A stretch of DNA of 64,000 nucleotides from Candidatus Latescibacterota bacterium (lineage in GTDB: Bacteria > Latescibacterota > UBA2968 > UBA8231). The stretch spans positions 128,001-192,000 of the forward strand of contig CBDCDC010000002.1 in NCBI GenBank assembly GCA_965215195.1. The letters run 5' to 3'. The notes beneath the pieces are model-generated. The model made no database searches. It was not told where the DNA came from and worked only from the letters and a program-made list of their open reading frames with translations. A program made the position numbers and the translations under genes. Shown one piece after another: positions 41,205 through 50,984 of the stretch. How positions within the stretch are numbered: position 1 is the stretch's first letter; each line of letters begins with the position of its first letter.

Positions 41205-42926
41205 ATGCCCAGAAGTATTCGCAATTTTGCCATTTTTGCCCTCGCCTTGATCGTCTCTGGCATCATCGGCGTCACAGTAGCTCCTACTTGGACCGTAGAG
41301 AAAATCACATTGGACGTACACGAGGACGCCGAGGGTACGTATTACATCTACCGCGGCAAGCCGGCCTATTTCGAGGCCGTGCCTTGGGCCGAGGCCCAGT
41401 TGCGTCCCGACAAGGCAGGCGGGTGGGAAGCTAAGGCCCCACTGGCCGAGGAGTTCGCCGTTGAAGAGCGCGGCGGGCAAGCCTTTTACTACCAACTGCT
41501 GCCCAAGCGGCACTGGAGCTATTGGTCGTTGCTGCCGGCCGTGGTGGCCGTGCTGTTGTGTTGGCTGACCAAAGAGCCCGTAACCTCCCTGTTGGGCGGC
41601 ATTGTCGCCGGCGCCCTCCTCATGGGCCAATACGACTTTACCGGCGAGGTGTTGGTCCCCTCGTTGGCGACGAAGAGTTCGGCCGGGGTCTTGCTGCTCT
41701 ACTTGTGGCTGTTGGGCGGGCTGATGGGAATATGGTCGCGCACGGGTGCGGCCCAAGCGTTTGCCGAGTTTATGACCGTGCGCTTTGTGCGCGGCCCCAG
41801 AAGCGCCAAGCTGGTCGCCTGGCTGCTCGGGGTCGTCTTCTTCCAGGGCGGTACCGTCAGCACGGTGCTGGTCGGCACTACGGTCAAACCGATTGCCGAC
41901 AACGAGAAAATCAGCCACGAGGAGCTGGCATACGTGGTGGATTCAACGGCCTCGCCGATTGCCTCCCAACTTGCGTTCAACGCTTGGCCCGGTTACGTGC
42001 AGGCGTTCATTTTCGTCTCGGGCGTCAGCTTCTTGGCTACGGAAGCCGACCGCATTGCCTTCTTTTTTCAGAGTGTGCCCTTTTGTTTTTACGCCATTTT
42101 TGCCGTCTTGGGCACGTTCCTCCTCAGCATTGAAAAGCCCCTCTTTTTGGGCAAGCAACTCGGGGAGGCGATCCAGCGCGCGCGCACGACCGGCCAGCTC
42201 GATGCCCCGGGTGCCGATCCCCTGAGCGCCAAAGAGCTGCAAGGGAGCAACGTACCCGAAGGTTACACGCCGCACGTGCTCGAATTCTTCTTGCCGCTGG
42301 GCACGCTCATCGCCATTGCCGTCGGCACCTTTATCACCAGCGGCTCGCCCAATGTGCAGTGGGCCTTTGGCATTGCGCTGCTGTTGGCTGCGGGCATGGC
42401 TTTGGCCAAGGGCATGGGACTCAAAGACCTCATCGGCGGTTTTCACGACGGCCTCAAGGGCGTGGTGCTCGGCTCGGTGATTTTGCTGCTGGCCATCACC
42501 ATCGGCGGCATCAGCAAGGAGACCGGCGGCAGCATCTTTTTGGTCGAACAGCTCGGCGAGACCATTCCGTATTTCCTCCTGCCGGTCATGCTCCAGCTTC
42601 TCACCATGGCCATTGCCTTTTCCACTGGCACGAGCTGGGGCACGTACGCAGTGGCCTTCCCGCTGGCCATGCCGCTGGCTTGGGCCGTGGCCGGTGCCAA
42701 TGGCTTGGCGCATCCCGAGCTTTTTATGACGCTGTGTTTTGCCGCGGTCATGGACGGCAGCGTGTACGGCGACCAGTGCTCGCCGATTTCGGATACCACC
42801 GTGCTTAGCTCCATGTGTACGGGCTGCGACCTGATGGACCACGTCAAAACGCAAATCCCGCAGGCGACGGTTGCGGCGAGCTTGGCGGCTTTGTGCTGGA
42901 CCCTCGTGGCGTTCTTCACCGCCTAG
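41205..42926 (+). CDS. NhaC-family Na+/H+ antiporter or amino-acid transporter
   Basis: [49 protein letters not shown]. Confidence 0.88.
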   Translation: MPRSIRNFAIFALALIVSGIIGVTVAPTWTVEKITLDVHEDAEGTYYIYRGKPAYFEAVPWAEAQLRPDKAGGWEAKAPLAEEFAVEERGGQAFYYQLLPKRHWSYWSLLPAVVAVLLCWLTKEPVTSLLGGIVAGALLMGQYDFTGEVLVPSLATKSSAGVLLLYLWLLGGLMGIWSRTGAAQAFAEFMTVRFVRGPRSAKLVAWLLGVVFFQGGTVSTVLVGTTVKPIADNEKISHEELAYVVDSTASPIASQLAFNAWPGYVQAFIFVSGVSFLATEADRIAFFFQSVPFCFYAIFAVLGTFLLSIEKPLFLGKQLGEAIQRARTTGQLDAPGADPLSAKELQGSNVPEGYTPHVLEFFLPLGTLIAIAVGTFITSGSPNVQWAFGIALLLAAGMALAKGMGLKDLIGGFHDGLKGVVLGSVILLLAITIGGISKETGGSIFLVEQLGETIPYFLLPVMLQLLTMAIAFSTGTSWGTYAVAFPLAMPLAWAVAGANGLAHPELFMTLCFAAVMDGSVYGDQCSPISDTTVLSSMCTGCDLMDHVKTQIPQATVAASLAALCWTLVAFFTA

Positions 42927-42949
42927 TTTTTGCAAGATCGCGGTTACTT

Positions 42950-42988
42950 TCCCCTCCAGTGCCTCGCGTGCTGGAGGGGATTATTTTT
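42950..42988 (+). terminator. Rho-independent terminator after the NhaC gene
   Basis: TCCCCTCCAG-loop-CTGGAGGGGA followed by TTATTTTT. Confidence 0.85.
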
Positions 42989-43157
42989 GGGTAATTCACA
43001 GTGTTTAATGCGAGTTGATCGGTGCTGGCAAAGCATGGGCGACGCGATCCAGCCTAAGCGAAAGGCCGATGGCATCTTTTGGTCTCTGGCAAAACTCCGT
43101 ACTATTACAGAAATACGCATTGATTTAGCATTCTTCTCTATTTTGGGAGCCTGCGCT

Positions 43158-44162
43158 ATGCCTACTTTTCTCGACTCAACCCCCTTTATCAACAACCTGT
43201 CCGTGCTTCGCGATCGCATGTATCACGACGGCTATCTCTTTTTCCGCGGTCTGCTGCCCGCCGACGAACTCGAAGCGCTCAGGCTGCGCTTTTTGGCCAT
43301 TGCCCGCGACGCCGGCTGGGTTCAGGCCGACGCGCCGCTCGCGGACGCCATCGCCGACCAAGACGGCTTCTGCGTCGAGCCGACGCCCGAGTACATGGGC
43401 GTCTATCGCCGGATGTACGCGCTGCCGCAATTCCACGCCTTGCAGCACCACCCCGCGCTCGTCGGCCTGCTCGAAAAGCTGCTCAACGGCCCGGTGCTGC
43501 CCCACCCCCGCCTCATCGGCCGCACCATCTTTCCCAAGCGCGAGTCCTTTACCACGCCGCCGCATCAGGACTTCATCCCCATTCAGGGCACGGCCGAAAC
43601 CTATACAGCGTGGTTCCCGCTCCACGACCTGCCGCCGACTATGGGCGGGCTGGAGGTGGCCGTTGGTGCACATCAGGGGGGTGTATATGAGTTCAAGCCA
43701 GCGCTAGGGGCCGGGGGATTGGCGATCACCGACTCCTTTGAAGGCACGTGGACCGGCGGCCCTTTCGCGCAAGGGGACGTGCTCTTCTTCCACAGCATGA
43801 TGCCCCATCGCGGCGTCCCCAACACCGGGGAGCAACTGCGCCTGTCCATCGACGCCCGCTACCAGCGCGTGGCCGACCCCATCGCCCCGGGCAGTTTGCT
43901 GCCGCACAGCCAGCCCAATACTTGGGAGGCTATCTACGCCGAATGGCCCGACGACCCCTTGCAATACTACTGGCGTCAGTACGAACTGGACGTAGTTGAA
44001 TACGACGATAGCTATCACGAGGAACGCGACCGCCAAGCCCTCGCGCTGGGCGAGCAAGGCGATCCACTAGCGGCCTCGGCTCTCCAGCGCATCATCGCCC
44101 GCGACAAAGATCCCGCCAAGCGCCAGCAAGCCACTGAACTGCTCGCGGCTATGGAAAAATAG
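43158..44162 (+). CDS. PhyH-family Fe(II)/2OG dioxygenase
   Basis: DGYLFFRG, TPPHQD, YTAWFPL, GDVLFFHS..PH, RLSIDARYQ. Confidence 0.88.
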   Translation: MPTFLDSTPFINNLSVLRDRMYHDGYLFFRGLLPADELEALRLRFLAIARDAGWVQADAPLADAIADQDGFCVEPTPEYMGVYRRMYALPQFHALQHHPALVGLLEKLLNGPVLPHPRLIGRTIFPKRESFTTPPHQDFIPIQGTAETYTAWFPLHDLPPTMGGLEVAVGAHQGGVYEFKPALGAGGLAITDSFEGTWTGGPFAQGDVLFFHSMMPHRGVPNTGEQLRLSIDARYQRVADPIAPGSLLPHSQPNTWEAIYAEWPDDPLQYYWRQYELDVVEYDDSYHEERDRQALALGEQGDPLAASALQRIIARDKDPAKRQQATELLAAMEK

Positions 44163-44238
44163 CGCTTGACTTGGGGAGATTATCGCAAGAGCCGGCGGCC
44201 ATGCACCGTCGGCTCTCGTCGTTTATCTCGTAAACTGA

Positions 44239-44266
44239 GTAACACCCCGCGCCACCGTAGGTGTTT
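44239..44266 (+). promoter_or_regulatory. Possible ECF-type autoregulated promoter
   Basis: GTAACA-16 nt-GTGTTT ending 24 bp upstream of the ECF gene; AAC-containing -35 typical of ECF promoters. Confidence 0.35.
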
Positions 44267-44290
44267 AAGTAGCACACCGCCAGGAGATAC

Positions 44291-44764
44291 ATGGACGTAG
44301 AAGCACTGTACCGTCGCTACGGGCCAATGGTCATGCGTCGCTGTCGGCAGCTTTTGCGCGACGAAGACCAAGCGCTTGACGCCACCCAAGATGTCTTTGT
44401 GCGGCTGTTGACGCGGCGCGACCGCCTGCGGGACGACGCGCCCTCCAGCCTGCTCTATCGCATGGCCACTAATCTCTGCCTCAATCGCATCCGCGACGCC
44501 CGGCGGCGGAAGACCACGGCCGACTCAACGCTGCTGGAGCAGATAGCCTGCTGGGAGGACGCCGAGGGCCGGATAGAGGCGCGCTCGGTGCTCGCCAAGC
44601 TCTTTGGCCAGCAGCGCGAGTCAACGCGCACGATGGCCGTCTTGTACTACGTTGACGGCATGACTTTGGAGGAGGTGGCGAGGGAAGTGGGTCTGTCCGT
44701 GTCCGGCGTGCGCAAGCGGCTGCTCGGCCTGCGAGCATCGCTGCAGAAGATGGAGAAGCTATGA
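44291..44764 (+). CDS. ECF RNA polymerase sigma factor
   Basis: LYRRYG, DATQDVF, LYRMATNLCLNRIR, GMTLEEVAREVGLSVSGVRKRL. Confidence 0.92.
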   Translation: MDVEALYRRYGPMVMRRCRQLLRDEDQALDATQDVFVRLLTRRDRLRDDAPSSLLYRMATNLCLNRIRDARRRKTTADSTLLEQIACWEDAEGRIEARSVLAKLFGQQRESTRTMAVLYYVDGMTLEEVAREVGLSVSGVRKRLLGLRASLQKMEKL

Positions 44765-45546
44765 ACCAGCAAGACAAGCGCCCCATAAGCGACTACCAAC
44801 TAGAGCGCTACCTGCTGCGCGAGGGCACGGCCGACGAGTTAGCGGCCGTGGAGCGCCAGTTGGCGGCCGATCCAGTGCTCGCGCAGCGGCTAGCGGCCCT
44901 AGCGCACTCCAACGAGGAATTGCATCGGCGCTATCCACCCGAATGGATGCGCGGCCAGATCGAGCTAAAACTCAAGGCTTCGACGAGCTCAGCCGAAACG
45001 CAGGCACCGGGCCGGCGCGCCCAAAAAACGTGGAGTGGGTATCGCCTTTGGGCCGTGCCGGCCGTGGCCCTGATCCTGGCGGTGGTGGCGGTGCCCACTC
45101 TCTTTGAGCGGGAAACCTCGGAAGCACCCGCGCTGCGGGTCAAGGGCGGCGAGCAGGGGCCGCGTTTGCTGGTCTTCCGCAAGCTGGCCAGCGGTGCGGA
45201 GCGTCTGCAAGACGGGGCCTTGGCCCAAAGCGGAGACTTGGTGCAGCTCGCCTACCGCTCGGCTGGCTTGCAGTACGGGGCGATCCTGTCCGTTGATGGG
45301 CGCGGTGCCGTAACTCAGCACCTGCCCGCGACTGGAGCAGAGGCCGTGCCACTGGCCACGCAAGATACCCTCGACGTTGCCTACGAACTGGATGACGCGC
45401 CCCGGTGGGAGCGGTTTTACTTGGTGGCGGCCGACCGCCGCTTTGGCTTGGCAGCAGTCAAGACCAAGCTGGCGGCTGGCGATGTGGCGTTGGGTGATGA
45501 CGTGCGCCTTTTTACCTTCACCCTGCGCAAACCGGAGGCCCCTTAG
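44761..45546 (+). CDS. Single-pass membrane anti-sigma factor with extracytoplasmic (DUF4384-like) domain
   Basis: ATGA-coupled to the ECF. ISDYQLERYLLRE helical N-domain, TM helix WAVPAVALILAVVAVPTLF, then LRVKGG and a beta domain (GDLVQLAY, ILSVDGRG, YELDDAP). Confidence 0.75.
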   Translation: MNQQDKRPISDYQLERYLLREGTADELAAVERQLAADPVLAQRLAALAHSNEELHRRYPPEWMRGQIELKLKASTSSAETQAPGRRAQKTWSGYRLWAVPAVALILAVVAVPTLFERETSEAPALRVKGGEQGPRLLVFRKLASGAERLQDGALAQSGDLVQLAYRSAGLQYGAILSVDGRGAVTQHLPATGAEAVPLATQDTLDVAYELDDAPRWERFYLVAADRRFGLAAVKTKLAAGDVALGDDVRLFTFTLRKPEAP

Positions 45547-45569
45547 CTTATAACCCGCGAGGTATAACT

Positions 45570-46142
45570 ATGGAAGCCGTACTGAACTTTCAGCCCGTTA
45601 TCGCTCTGACCGAAGAGCAATTTTTCGACTTTTGTCAACTCAATCGCGACGTGCGTATTGAGCGCAATGCAAAAGGAGAAGTACTAGTTACGTCCCCAAC
45701 GGGAGGAGCAACGGGTGCCCGGAATGCAGAAATCACCGTGCAGTTGGGCGCATGGGCCAAACAAGATGGCACCGGCGTGGCCTTTGATTCCTCGACCGGA
45801 TTTGTGCTACCTGACCGCTCTGTCCGCTCGCCGGATGGCGCATGGGTGGCGCGGTGGCGGTACGCGGCCCTGACCGAGGCGCAAAAGGATCGCTTTCTGC
45901 CCCTTTGTCCAGAGTTCGTCATTGAGCTCAAGTCTCGCACGGATTACCTGCCCTCGTTGCAGCAAAAAATGGAAGCATACATTGAAAACGGCACTCAACT
46001 CGGCTGGCTCATCGTCCCAGAGCAAAAAACAGTAGCGATCTACCGTCCGCAGCTTTCCGTTGAAGTGCGGAAAAACCGCAATGCCCTATCGGCCGATCCC
46101 ACCTTGCCGGGCTTTGTCTTGAATCTCAGCGAGATTTGGTGA
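45570..46142 (+). CDS. Uma2-family endonuclease-fold protein
   Basis: FDSSTGF.LP, RSPD.AWV, CPEFVIELKS, KMEAYIENG.QLGWLI. Confidence 0.92.
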   Translation: MEAVLNFQPVIALTEEQFFDFCQLNRDVRIERNAKGEVLVTSPTGGATGARNAEITVQLGAWAKQDGTGVAFDSSTGFVLPDRSVRSPDGAWVARWRYAALTEAQKDRFLPLCPEFVIELKSRTDYLPSLQQKMEAYIENGTQLGWLIVPEQKTVAIYRPQLSVEVRKNRNALSADPTLPGFVLNLSEIW

Positions 46143-46164
46143 TCGCCTCCTTTGGCCGACCATA

Positions 46165-48222
46165 ATGTTGTCGCGGCTGAGTGTGCTAATCGCGCTCGTG
46201 GTTGCGGCGGGCCTGCCCCAACCGGTAGAGGCCGAGGTGCGTCGATTGGTGCTAGCGGCCGGGGCCAACAACGGCGGGGTGGATCGCGAGCTGCTGCGCT
46301 ACGCAGTCTCGGACGCGGAGCAATTCGTCGAGGTGTTGCAGGAGATGGGGGGCCTAGACCCGGCCGATGTATTGCTGTTGCGCGACCCGGATTTGGCCGC
46401 TTTCGAGCGGGGGCTGGCCGCGTTGGGCCGGCGGGTGCAGGCGGCCAGCCGGCGGGGGGACCGCTTAGAGGTGTTGCTTTACTACTCGGGCCACGCCGAC
46501 GAAGAGGGCCTGCTGTTGGCCGGCGATCACCTCGGCTACCAGCAGTTGCTCGACTCGCTGCAGACGGCCGAGGCCGCTGTCCGCATCGCCGTCCTCGACG
46601 CCTGCAATTCTGGAACCATAACCCGCATCAAGGGAGGCAAGTCCAAGCCGCCCTTTTTGGTCGATGAGTCCTTTGACATGAGGGGCTACGCCTTCCTCAC
46701 GTCGAGTTCGGCCGATGAGGCGGCGCAGGAATCGGACCTGCTCGAGGCTTCCTTTTTTACCCACTATCTAATTTCCGGGATGCGCGGTGCGGCCGACGTT
46801 ACCGGCGATGGCCGGGTGACCCTGCACGAGGCGTACCAGTTCGCATTCGACGAGACGCGGGCGCGGACTCTTGGGACTGCGGGAGGCACTCAGCACCCAG
46901 CCTATCAAGGCCAGATGCGCGGCACTGGCGGCGTGGTGATGACCGAGGTGCGGCGCAACGCCGCCGGCCTGTTGCTGGACGAGGCCCTCGCCGGCCGGAT
47001 CTCGATCCGCAATGCCCAGCAGCGCCTAGTCGCCGGGCTGAATAAATCCCCCGGGCGGGCGGTCGAATTGGGATTGGGGCCGGGGGCCTATACCCTGTTT
47101 TGGCAAACGTGGGACGCGGACTGGCGCTTGGCCGAATTAGTCCTGAGCGAAGGGGAGTTCGCCGAGGTGAGTACTGGCGACTTCCGCGTCCTGACCCCAG
47201 AAGACACGAGACTGCGCGGCCGCTCGGGGCGGAGGATTACCTTGGGGCACCAGATCGAGGTCGCCACCCGCGAAGGCTACACCTTGTCGCTGGGGCTGTT
47301 GACCAATACGCAGGACGAAGCGTTCCGCGGCGTCCAGTTCGCTTGGCTGGTCAACCAAGCGCGCGCGCGCACCGGCAATCAGATCGGCGGGTTGGGCAAC
47401 TTGGCGCTCAAAGAAGTCGATGGCTGGCAGGCGGCTGTCGTGGGCGTCAACTGGGCGCTGGGGCCGTTGCAGGGTGGACAGGTGGGCTTGATCAACATCG
47501 CCTCGCAAGTGCGCGGCTGGCAGGTGGCGCAAACGACCAATGTCGTCGGCAAAATCCGCGGTTGGCAGGTGGCTGGGGTCACCAATTTCGTCGGCGAGGT
47601 CAAGGGCGGTCAGGTCGGATTGTTGAACGTGGCGAGCGAGGTCAAGGGCTGGCAGGTGGGCTTGGTCAACCTTTCCGGCCACATTGAGGGCGGCCTGCCC
47701 ATCGGGTTGATCAACTACTCGCGCAGCGGGCTTTTCAACCTCAGCACTTGGCGCGACGAAGTCGGCTTTACCATGTTCACCCTCGCCTCGGGCAGCCGCT
47801 CGTTTTACACCGCTTTTACCACTGGCTTTGCCGACGAGGACGGGCAGCGGCGCTGGGCGTTGGGCATAGGAGGTGGGGTGCAGAAGCGCGGGCGGCGGTT
47901 TTTCCTCGGCCTTGATGTACATAGCTACCGCATCAGCCGCGACCTCGATGACGATTACAAAGCGGGCATTGGATTTTGGCCGCCCAGAGTGGGCTTGGGT
48001 TTGGATCGCTTGGCTAGGGATAACTACCTAGCGCGGATCAAACTTGAGACCGGGGTCTCTTTGCACCGCCGTCTGGCGCTGTTTGGCGGCGTCTCCTTAA
48101 ACCAACTGTGGACCGATGGCCATCTGCGGCTGATTGAGTCGGGTAGCCGCTACGAAAAGGAGTGGAGAGACGGGCTTTTCGCATGGCCGGGATTTTTCTT
48201 TGGGATGCGCTACGGGCGCTAG
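46165..48222 (+). CDS. Exported caspase-family (peptidase C14) protein with GxQxGxxN surface repeats and beta-rich C-terminus
   Basis: Signal peptide ending VEA; LRYAVSDA, YYSGHA (His), VLDACNSG (Cys), SS..E.AQES, FTHYL..G.RGAAD; about eight GxQ..N repeats; aromatic-rich end WPGFFFGMRYGR. Confidence 0.85.
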   Translation: MLSRLSVLIALVVAAGLPQPVEAEVRRLVLAAGANNGGVDRELLRYAVSDAEQFVEVLQEMGGLDPADVLLLRDPDLAAFERGLAALGRRVQAASRRGDRLEVLLYYSGHADEEGLLLAGDHLGYQQLLDSLQTAEAAVRIAVLDACNSGTITRIKGGKSKPPFLVDESFDMRGYAFLTSSSADEAAQESDLLEASFFTHYLISGMRGAADVTGDGRVTLHEAYQFAFDETRARTLGTAGGTQHPAYQGQMRGTGGVVMTEVRRNAAGLLLDEALAGRISIRNAQQRLVAGLNKSPGRAVELGLGPGAYTLFWQTWDADWRLAELVLSEGEFAEVSTGDFRVLTPEDTRLRGRSGRRITLGHQIEVATREGYTLSLGLLTNTQDEAFRGVQFAWLVNQARARTGNQIGGLGNLALKEVDGWQAAVVGVNWALGPLQGGQVGLINIASQVRGWQVAQTTNVVGKIRGWQVAGVTNFVGEVKGGQVGLLNVASEVKGWQVGLVNLSGHIEGGLPIGLINYSRSGLFNLSTWRDEVGFTMFTLASGSRSFYTAFTTGFADEDGQRRWALGIGGGVQKRGRRFFLGLDVHSYRISRDLDDDYKAGIGFWPPRVGLGLDRLARDNYLARIKLETGVSLHRRLALFGGVSLNQLWTDGHLRLIESGSRYEKEWRDGLFAWPGFFFGMRYGR

Positions 48223-48234
48223 GGAAGGGACGAG

Positions 48235-48408
48235 TCACCGCGTCTCACGCTCGTCAAATTCAGACACGGCCTTGACCCACTGGAGCGCGTCGGCTTCCCG
48301 GGCTTGGTTTAAGCGGGCAACCGAGTTCGCTACCCTCCTCCGCACCTTTTCCGACCGGGGATTTGGCAAGGTCATGCGAACCTGACGCTTCGCTCGCGAT
48401 ACTGGCAT
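48235..48408 (-). CDS. Orphan DUF3018/MazE-like antitoxin (57 aa)
   Basis: Not in the ORF track. MPVSRAKRQVRMTLPNPRSEKVRRRVANSVARLNQAREADALQWVKAVSEFDE; GAGGA RBS; no toxin downstream. Confidence 0.55.
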   Translation of the reverse strand: MPVSRAKRQVRMTLPNPRSEKVRRRVANSVARLNQAREADALQWVKAVSEFDERETR

Positions 48409-48499
48409 GGCGGTTCCTCTACAATATGGTTAGAAGCATTCTTCGGGAAGTGGTATCGAATCCTTCATCCGTAAGGCTTGTCATGGTTCAATCTAGAAT

Positions 48500-49259
48500 T
48501 CATTCTGCGGAGTAGCGTTGTGTGCCTGCCTTGGCCGCTTCGTCGATCTCGCTTTCCTTTTCGCGAAAGCTGGAGCGCCGCATTACAGAGGGACGCAGCT
48601 CCCACGAATCGCAGCTTTCTCCGCGGAAATAGAACTGGACATTATCAGCGTAGCGTTTTTTGAGATCGCGGCATTTTTTTAGCAAGCTCTCAATGCTTTT
48701 GATTTTCTCATCGCTGTTACTTTGATCTGTTCCAGCATTCTGTGATTCATCCATACAGCTTCGCTTTCCACACCTGCGAATACGATAGATTGGCCCAAGA
48801 GAGATTTGCTTTGCGAAAGCTAGCGTTGATTAGAGTTGCCCCAGTGAGATTCGCTTTGTAAAGGTTGGCGCGGTCGAGTTCAGCCTCGGTAAGGTCCGCT
48901 TCAATGAGGTGGGCTTCAATGAGGTGGGCTTCAATGAGATAGGCTTTGCACAGTTTGGCACGAGACAGATCGGCTCCGTTCAGTTTGGCGGAATCAAGCT
49001 CGGCCTCGGTGAGGTCGGCCTCGGTGAGGTCGGCTCCGCTGAGGTCGGCTCCGCTGAGGTCGGCTCCGCTGAGGTCGGCTCCGCTGAAATTGATTCCCCG
49101 TAAATAAGCTCGTCCATCATTGCCCAACGCCCCCATTTTCTTGAACTCGCTAGAAATATCTGCTCCCTCAAAGTCGGGCTTAAAATCTTCTCGCTCGCGC
49201 CTCTCGTTCCAAACATTGACGCCTTTGAGGAGCCATTCGATATGATTTTGGTTTGCCAT
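48500..49259 (-). pseudogene. Pentapeptide-repeat / FRG-domain fusion, frameshifted near 48750 and truncated
   Basis: A(D/E)LxxA repeats after WNERR..PDFEGAD; next frame FYFRGESCDSWELRPSVMR (FRG motif), then similarity is lost. Confidence 0.75.
49026..49085. repeat. Four perfect copies of 15-bp GAGGTCGGCTCCGCT (SGADL pentapeptide)
   Basis: Directly visible tandem array. Confidence 0.92.
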
Positions 49260-49365
49260 GGAATGCCTCTTTCTACTCTCGTCTCCGCTTCTTTTGTAAT
49301 ACAACAGATGGATAAAACGTTCACAAGGGACAGCGAGTTCCGTCTCTGCGTAGGGACTCGCGTCG

Positions 49366-50916
49366 TCAATCCTCGTAGCGGATGACCACTTCGACGTCGG
49401 TCAGCAGCAAGTCGCAGGCAAGTTGGGGGTGGCGTTGCAGGAGGACGACGTCTAAGCGATGGAGGCCGCGGGCGGCTTGGTCGGCCGTGAGCGCGAAGCT
49501 GTGCCAAGCAGCGCTGCTGACATCGGAGATGGGGTGGGGGGCGCCGTCGTGGCAATAGCTGATAGCTGGGTCGGCCAAAACGTTGCCGTCCCAGCAGCAG
49601 CGAATCTGATCGCCGGCGACCCATTCTTGCAGCCGCAGTCGCAAGGTAATGGCTTCCGGCGGGTCTGCGCTCAAATCGTCGGCGAGATTGAGGTCGAAGT
49701 GCGGGCCGGATTCCCGCAAGGTCGGGTAGAGGGGGACCGGTAAGGTGCCGCGCAGGCAGTCGTGTTGGTACGCGCCGCGCCAAGCCCCGCTGTGCTGGCG
49801 GAAGCGGTGGGTCGCGCTGTAGAGCTTGTCTTGGCGGCGCAGGGTTTGCACTGCGCCCACTTGGGTTAGCAACTCGCGCTTGGAGTCGCGGTCGGCGTGC
49901 CAGTTGAACGCGTATATACCGGTCGCACCCTCGCCGTGATACTGCATGGCTGTGGCCTTGGTGCGCATGGTGTGGCGGGCCGATTCGCTTTCGGGACCAG
50001 CGGCCGGCCCGGGGACGCCGCCGTCGAACCCTGCGTAGAGGGCGATGTCGCGGCCGGCGCAGAGGGCGCGAAAGGCCCTGACTTCAATGGCTGGATCTGT
50101 GCCGGCCGCGCCGGCCGGGATCAGGATATCGACGAGGTTTTCTCTTGTCCAAGTCTCCACGTCGTAGCCAATGCGGTGACAGCCCTCAATGGAGCCGGCG
50201 ACGCGGGCCGCTAGGTAGAAGGGCCGGCCGCGCTGTTGGGCTAGTTCGTCGGTCAGTTGCCGGGCCGCCCGCATGAAGTCGGTGAGGACGTAGCGCAGGC
50301 GATAGGCATGGTCGGCGGGGAAGTGGAAGGGGTGGCGTTGCCAGTCGAGTTCGACGCCGTCCCAAGGGTAATTCTGGCAGACTTCGCGCAAGTGCTGGAA
50401 GCGGTTTTCGCGCACTTGGGGGATGGCCATATTCCACGACAGGGCAAACCACTCCTCGGTATCTGCGCCGAGGAGCCATTCGGGGTGGTCTTTGCGCAGT
50501 TGGGTCAGTTCGACGTGGTGCAAAGTCTGGAGGTCGCTTAGCTGAGCGCCGTTGAAGTGATTGTCGTTCATGCGCAGCGAGGCGTACACGTGCAGGCCGA
50601 GTTGGTGGCCGTGGTCGATGACGGCCTGTTGGGGATCTTCGCCCCGATCCAACATGCGGCGAATGTTTTCAGTGTGCGCGTAGCTAGCGGCGTTCTCGTA
50701 GCGGCGCTGGTGGGTGTCGCCGAGCAGTTCGAGCGCGTCGCTTGGCCAGCGGGTGGCGTGTTCGCCCACGCACCAGAACAGGGCGCCGACTTGGGTGTCT
50801 GCGAGGGGGGCGTACGTTTTGTCGAGAAAGGCGTCCATGGACTGGGGGACGGGCGAGTAGCCGTGGGGTGCGCCGTCCCAGTTGTAGATGATGCCGTAAT
50901 CAGCGGGATGGGCCAT
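49366..50916 (-). CDS. Glycoside-hydrolase-like TIM-barrel protein (paralogue of 39358-40941)
   Basis: IIYNWDG, G.DP..VIDHGH..G, SLRMND.H, YPWDGVELDWQR, GIYAFN. Confidence 0.62.
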   Translation of the reverse strand: MAHPADYGIIYNWDGAPHGYSPVPQSMDAFLDKTYAPLADTQVGALFWCVGEHATRWPSDALELLGDTHQRRYENAASYAHTENIRRMLDRGEDPQQAVIDHGHQLGLHVYASLRMNDNHFNGAQLSDLQTLHHVELTQLRKDHPEWLLGADTEEWFALSWNMAIPQVRENRFQHLREVCQNYPWDGVELDWQRHPFHFPADHAYRLRYVLTDFMRAARQLTDELAQQRGRPFYLAARVAGSIEGCHRIGYDVETWTRENLVDILIPAGAAGTDPAIEVRAFRALCAGRDIALYAGFDGGVPGPAAGPESESARHTMRTKATAMQYHGEGATGIYAFNWHADRDSKRELLTQVGAVQTLRRQDKLYSATHRFRQHSGAWRGAYQHDCLRGTLPVPLYPTLRESGPHFDLNLADDLSADPPEAITLRLRLQEWVAGDQIRCCWDGNVLADPAISYCHDGAPHPISDVSSAAWHSFALTADQAARGLHRLDVVLLQRHPQLACDLLLTDVEVVIRYED

Positions 50917-50984
50917 AGCGTCTGCTCCTTTGCGGGTTTGGCCCAAAGTACGGAGATTGTCAGAGGCGGGCAACGGAGGCAATT

